Part shown: positions 47,655 through 49,613 of the stretch, one piece after another
How the letters are laid out: every line of letters begins with the position of its first letter
How positions within the stretch are numbered: position 1 is the stretch's first letter
Virus record (IMG/VR): IMGVR_UViG_3300024989_000226
Location: 1-49,613 of that record
Origin: a virus
Taxonomy: Duplodnaviria; Caudoviricetes
Direction: 5' to 3' (one strand)
DNA length: 49,613 nucleotides
Notes under the pieces: generated by a model
The model's database searches: none
What the model was told of the DNA's origin: nothing
The model's input: the letters and a program-made list of their open reading frames with translations, nothing else
Translations under genes and position numbers: made by a program

Positions 47655-49613
47655 ATGCCCGGAGCCTTCCTGTGGGACGACAAGATCGCCACCGCCAGCA
47701 TCACCGCGCCGGAGGGCGGCATCGTCGACAGCATGCCGCTGTCCAACCTGGTCGACCCGCAGCCGCGGCTGCGCGCCCGGCTGCTGGGCAGCAGCGCCGC
47801 CCTGCTGGTCGATCTCGGCGCCGACACCGCCATCGACGCCCTGGCGCTGATCTCCACCACCCTGACGGACACCGCCACCATCCGCTGGCGCATGGGACCG
47901 GCCGAGGCGCTGGTGGAAGCCGCGCCGCTGTTCGACCTGCGCTGGGACAGCGGCAGCATCACCCCGCCTTCCGGCTACAACTTCATGCGGGCCAGCACCG
48001 CCACCTATATCGGCAGCGACGGGTTGCTGAAGACGGCGCCGGCCAACACGCCGCGCATCGCTTATGACCCGGTCACCCGGGCCTGCCTCGGCCTGCTGCT
48101 GGAGGAGGCACGCAGCAACCTGCTGCTCTCCACCGGCGACCTGTCGAACGCCGCGGTGTGGGCGCGGTTCGGCGCCATCTCCGTCACCGGCAACGCTGCC
48201 GCAGCGCCGGATGGCACCGGCACCGCCGCGCTGCTGGCGATCCCGACCGGCGCCGGGGTCTACCAGAGCCGCCCCGCCACCGCCGGTCAGAGCTACAGCT
48301 TCTCGGTCTGGCTGCGCGCCGACGCCCCGACCGCCAGCCGTATCGTGATGAACTCCGATGCCGGCGGCGCGACCTTGCAGCCCATTTCGGTCGGCACCGC
48401 GTGGCAGCGCTTCAGCATGGCCAAGACGCTGTCTGCCACCTCCACCACCGTGTCCGGACAGATCGACGCCGGCAGCGGCGCCAGCACCGTCTATGCCTGG
48501 GGCGCCCAGATCGAGCAGGCCGCCATGGCCAGCAGCTACATCCCCACCACATCAGCCACGGCGACCCGTGCGGTCGACCGGCACTGGCTGTCGGGCCAGG
48601 CCATCGACCCGGCCGTCGGGCTGGCCTTCCTGGTGGATTACACGGCGAAAGCCGGCGGCGTGGCCACCTCGGTGCCGATCTGCTTCACGCCGGCCGGCGG
48701 ATCGTTCGGCGATTCCTGGTATGTCTCGCAGAACCCCGGCACCGGGACTGTCGCCCTGACGCTGCTGGACAGCGTGCATGGCAACTACCCCGCCACTCCT
48801 GGCCGCAGCGGCACTATCGGTGACGCCTGCCGCGTTGCCGCCAACACCGGGGCGGCCGGCGTCGCCCTGGCCGCCAACGCCAGCGGCAGCACGACCAACG
48901 CTGCCGTGCCGACATCGAACGGCACGTTTGCCCTGGTAGGCCTTGGTGGGGCGTCGTGGGGCGGCGCGCCCGGCGGTGCGACCGGAGTGGTGCTGTTGCG
49001 CCGCATCGCGGTCTACGCCCGGCAATTGACCCAGGGGCAGGTGACCGCCGCGGCCATTACCGGTAGCACGCTGGACACCGCCATGCTGGTCTACGACAGC
49101 GGCCCCCTGGCGGCGGAGACCAGCGACGCGGCTGGCGGCAATGTTGTCTTGCTGGCGCCCGCGACCGTCACCGCGCGCTACCTGCGGGTGGACGTCACTG
49201 ACGACGGCGCCACCGCAATCGATATCGGCCGGCTGGTGGCGGGGCCGTTGTGGCGGCCTAGCCGGGCCTTCGCCTATGGCGTGACAGAGGGGCAGGAGAT
49301 GCTTGACCGCCGTGACCGCAATCCGCTCACCGGCGTCAGCTTCCCGGTGCCGGCGCTGGCCAATCCCCGCGTCACCCGGTTCTCGCTGCCGCTGCTCTCC
49401 GGCGCCGAGATCAAGGGCCAGCACCGCGCCATGGTGCGTGTGTTGGGCGCCATCGGCGACGCGCTATGGATCCCGGAGATCACCTTGAGCCAGGCCGAGC
49501 TCAACTCTCGGTCGATCTGGGGTGCCATTGCCGCACCCGGCGACGAGGCCGCCACCAGCCGCGACAGCTTCCCCGGCTCGTCGCGAAGCTTCCGTATCAT
49601 CGAGCGTGTGTAG
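47655..49613 (+). CDS. Distal tail-like protein with an inserted fiber/carbohydrate-binding module
   Basis: VDLGADTAIDALAL and ARYLRVDV..IDIGRLVAGPLW flank a FMRASTATY..GLLLEEARSN module; GGAGG RBS. Confidence 0.7.
   Translation: MPGAFLWDDKIATASITAPEGGIVDSMPLSNLVDPQPRLRARLLGSSAALLVDLGADTAIDALALISTTLTDTATIRWRMGPAEALVEAAPLFDLRWDSGSITPPSGYNFMRASTATYIGSDGLLKTAPANTPRIAYDPVTRACLGLLLEEARSNLLLSTGDLSNAAVWARFGAISVTGNAAAAPDGTGTAALLAIPTGAGVYQSRPATAGQSYSFSVWLRADAPTASRIVMNSDAGGATLQPISVGTAWQRFSMAKTLSATSTTVSGQIDAGSGASTVYAWGAQIEQAAMASSYIPTTSATATRAVDRHWLSGQAIDPAVGLAFLVDYTAKAGGVATSVPICFTPAGGSFGDSWYVSQNPGTGTVALTLLDSVHGNYPATPGRSGTIGDACRVAANTGAAGVALAANASGSTTNAAVPTSNGTFALVGLGGASWGGAPGGATGVVLLRRIAVYARQLTQGQVTAAAITGSTLDTAMLVYDSGPLAAETSDAAGGNVVLLAPATVTARYLRVDVTDDGATAIDIGRLVAGPLWRPSRAFAYGVTEGQEMLDRRDRNPLTGVSFPVPALANPRVTRFSLPLLSGAEIKGQHRAMVRVLGAIGDALWIPEITLSQAELNSRSIWGAIAAPGDEAATSRDSFPGSSRSFRIIERV

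Larger units (their letters stand above)
1..49613. mobile_element. Temperate siphovirus-like prophage, serine-recombinase integrating, possibly defective; ends and att sites not visible in the window
   Basis: Continuous ordered modules for integration, immunity, replication, packaging, head, lysis and tail, with many ATGA-coupled genes. Confidence 0.95.

Noticed and set aside
44765-49613. Diversity-generating retroelement or invertible tail fiber system
   Set aside because: No reverse transcriptase, template/variable repeat pair or invertase seen.
1-49613. tRNA/rRNA genes, IS elements and att sites
   Set aside because: None recognisable; the window begins and ends at stop codons, so the prophage boundaries lie outside it.

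Overview
The whole window is one temperate siphovirus-like prophage. The high GC, an alphaproteobacterial-type LexA box and the gene families point to an alphaproteobacterial host (inference). Left to right it has: a large serine recombinase/DUF2924 integration module; an ImmA/IrrE protease + XRE repressor switch with an SOS box; a sigma-like gene; recombination and replication genes (AAA ATPase, SSB-like, RecD-like helicase, Toprim-VirE primase/helicase, a repeat-rich putative origin, RuvC-like, HNH); a lambda-like cos candidate; two ParB-DNA methyltransferases; lambda-type packaging and head genes (GpA terminase, gpW, portal, protease-capsid fusion); lysis genes; and tail genes, including a G-GT type -1 frameshift. 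Two apparent deletion scars (a Cas4-like nuclease and the tape measure gene) suggest decay. Accessory cargo comprises a GIY-YIG nuclease, a MazF/DUF3018 toxin-antitoxin pair and two lower-GC islands: a three-gene secreted-protein cluster and a HEPN-like + PD-(D/E)XK pair. The most striking unexplained signal is a family of degenerate 28-bp 11-6-11 inverted-arm sites at the borders of, and between genes within, both islands. These suggest a cassette-type site-specific gene capture system with no cognate recombinase in the window. All family assignments come from motif recognition by eye; no database searches were run.
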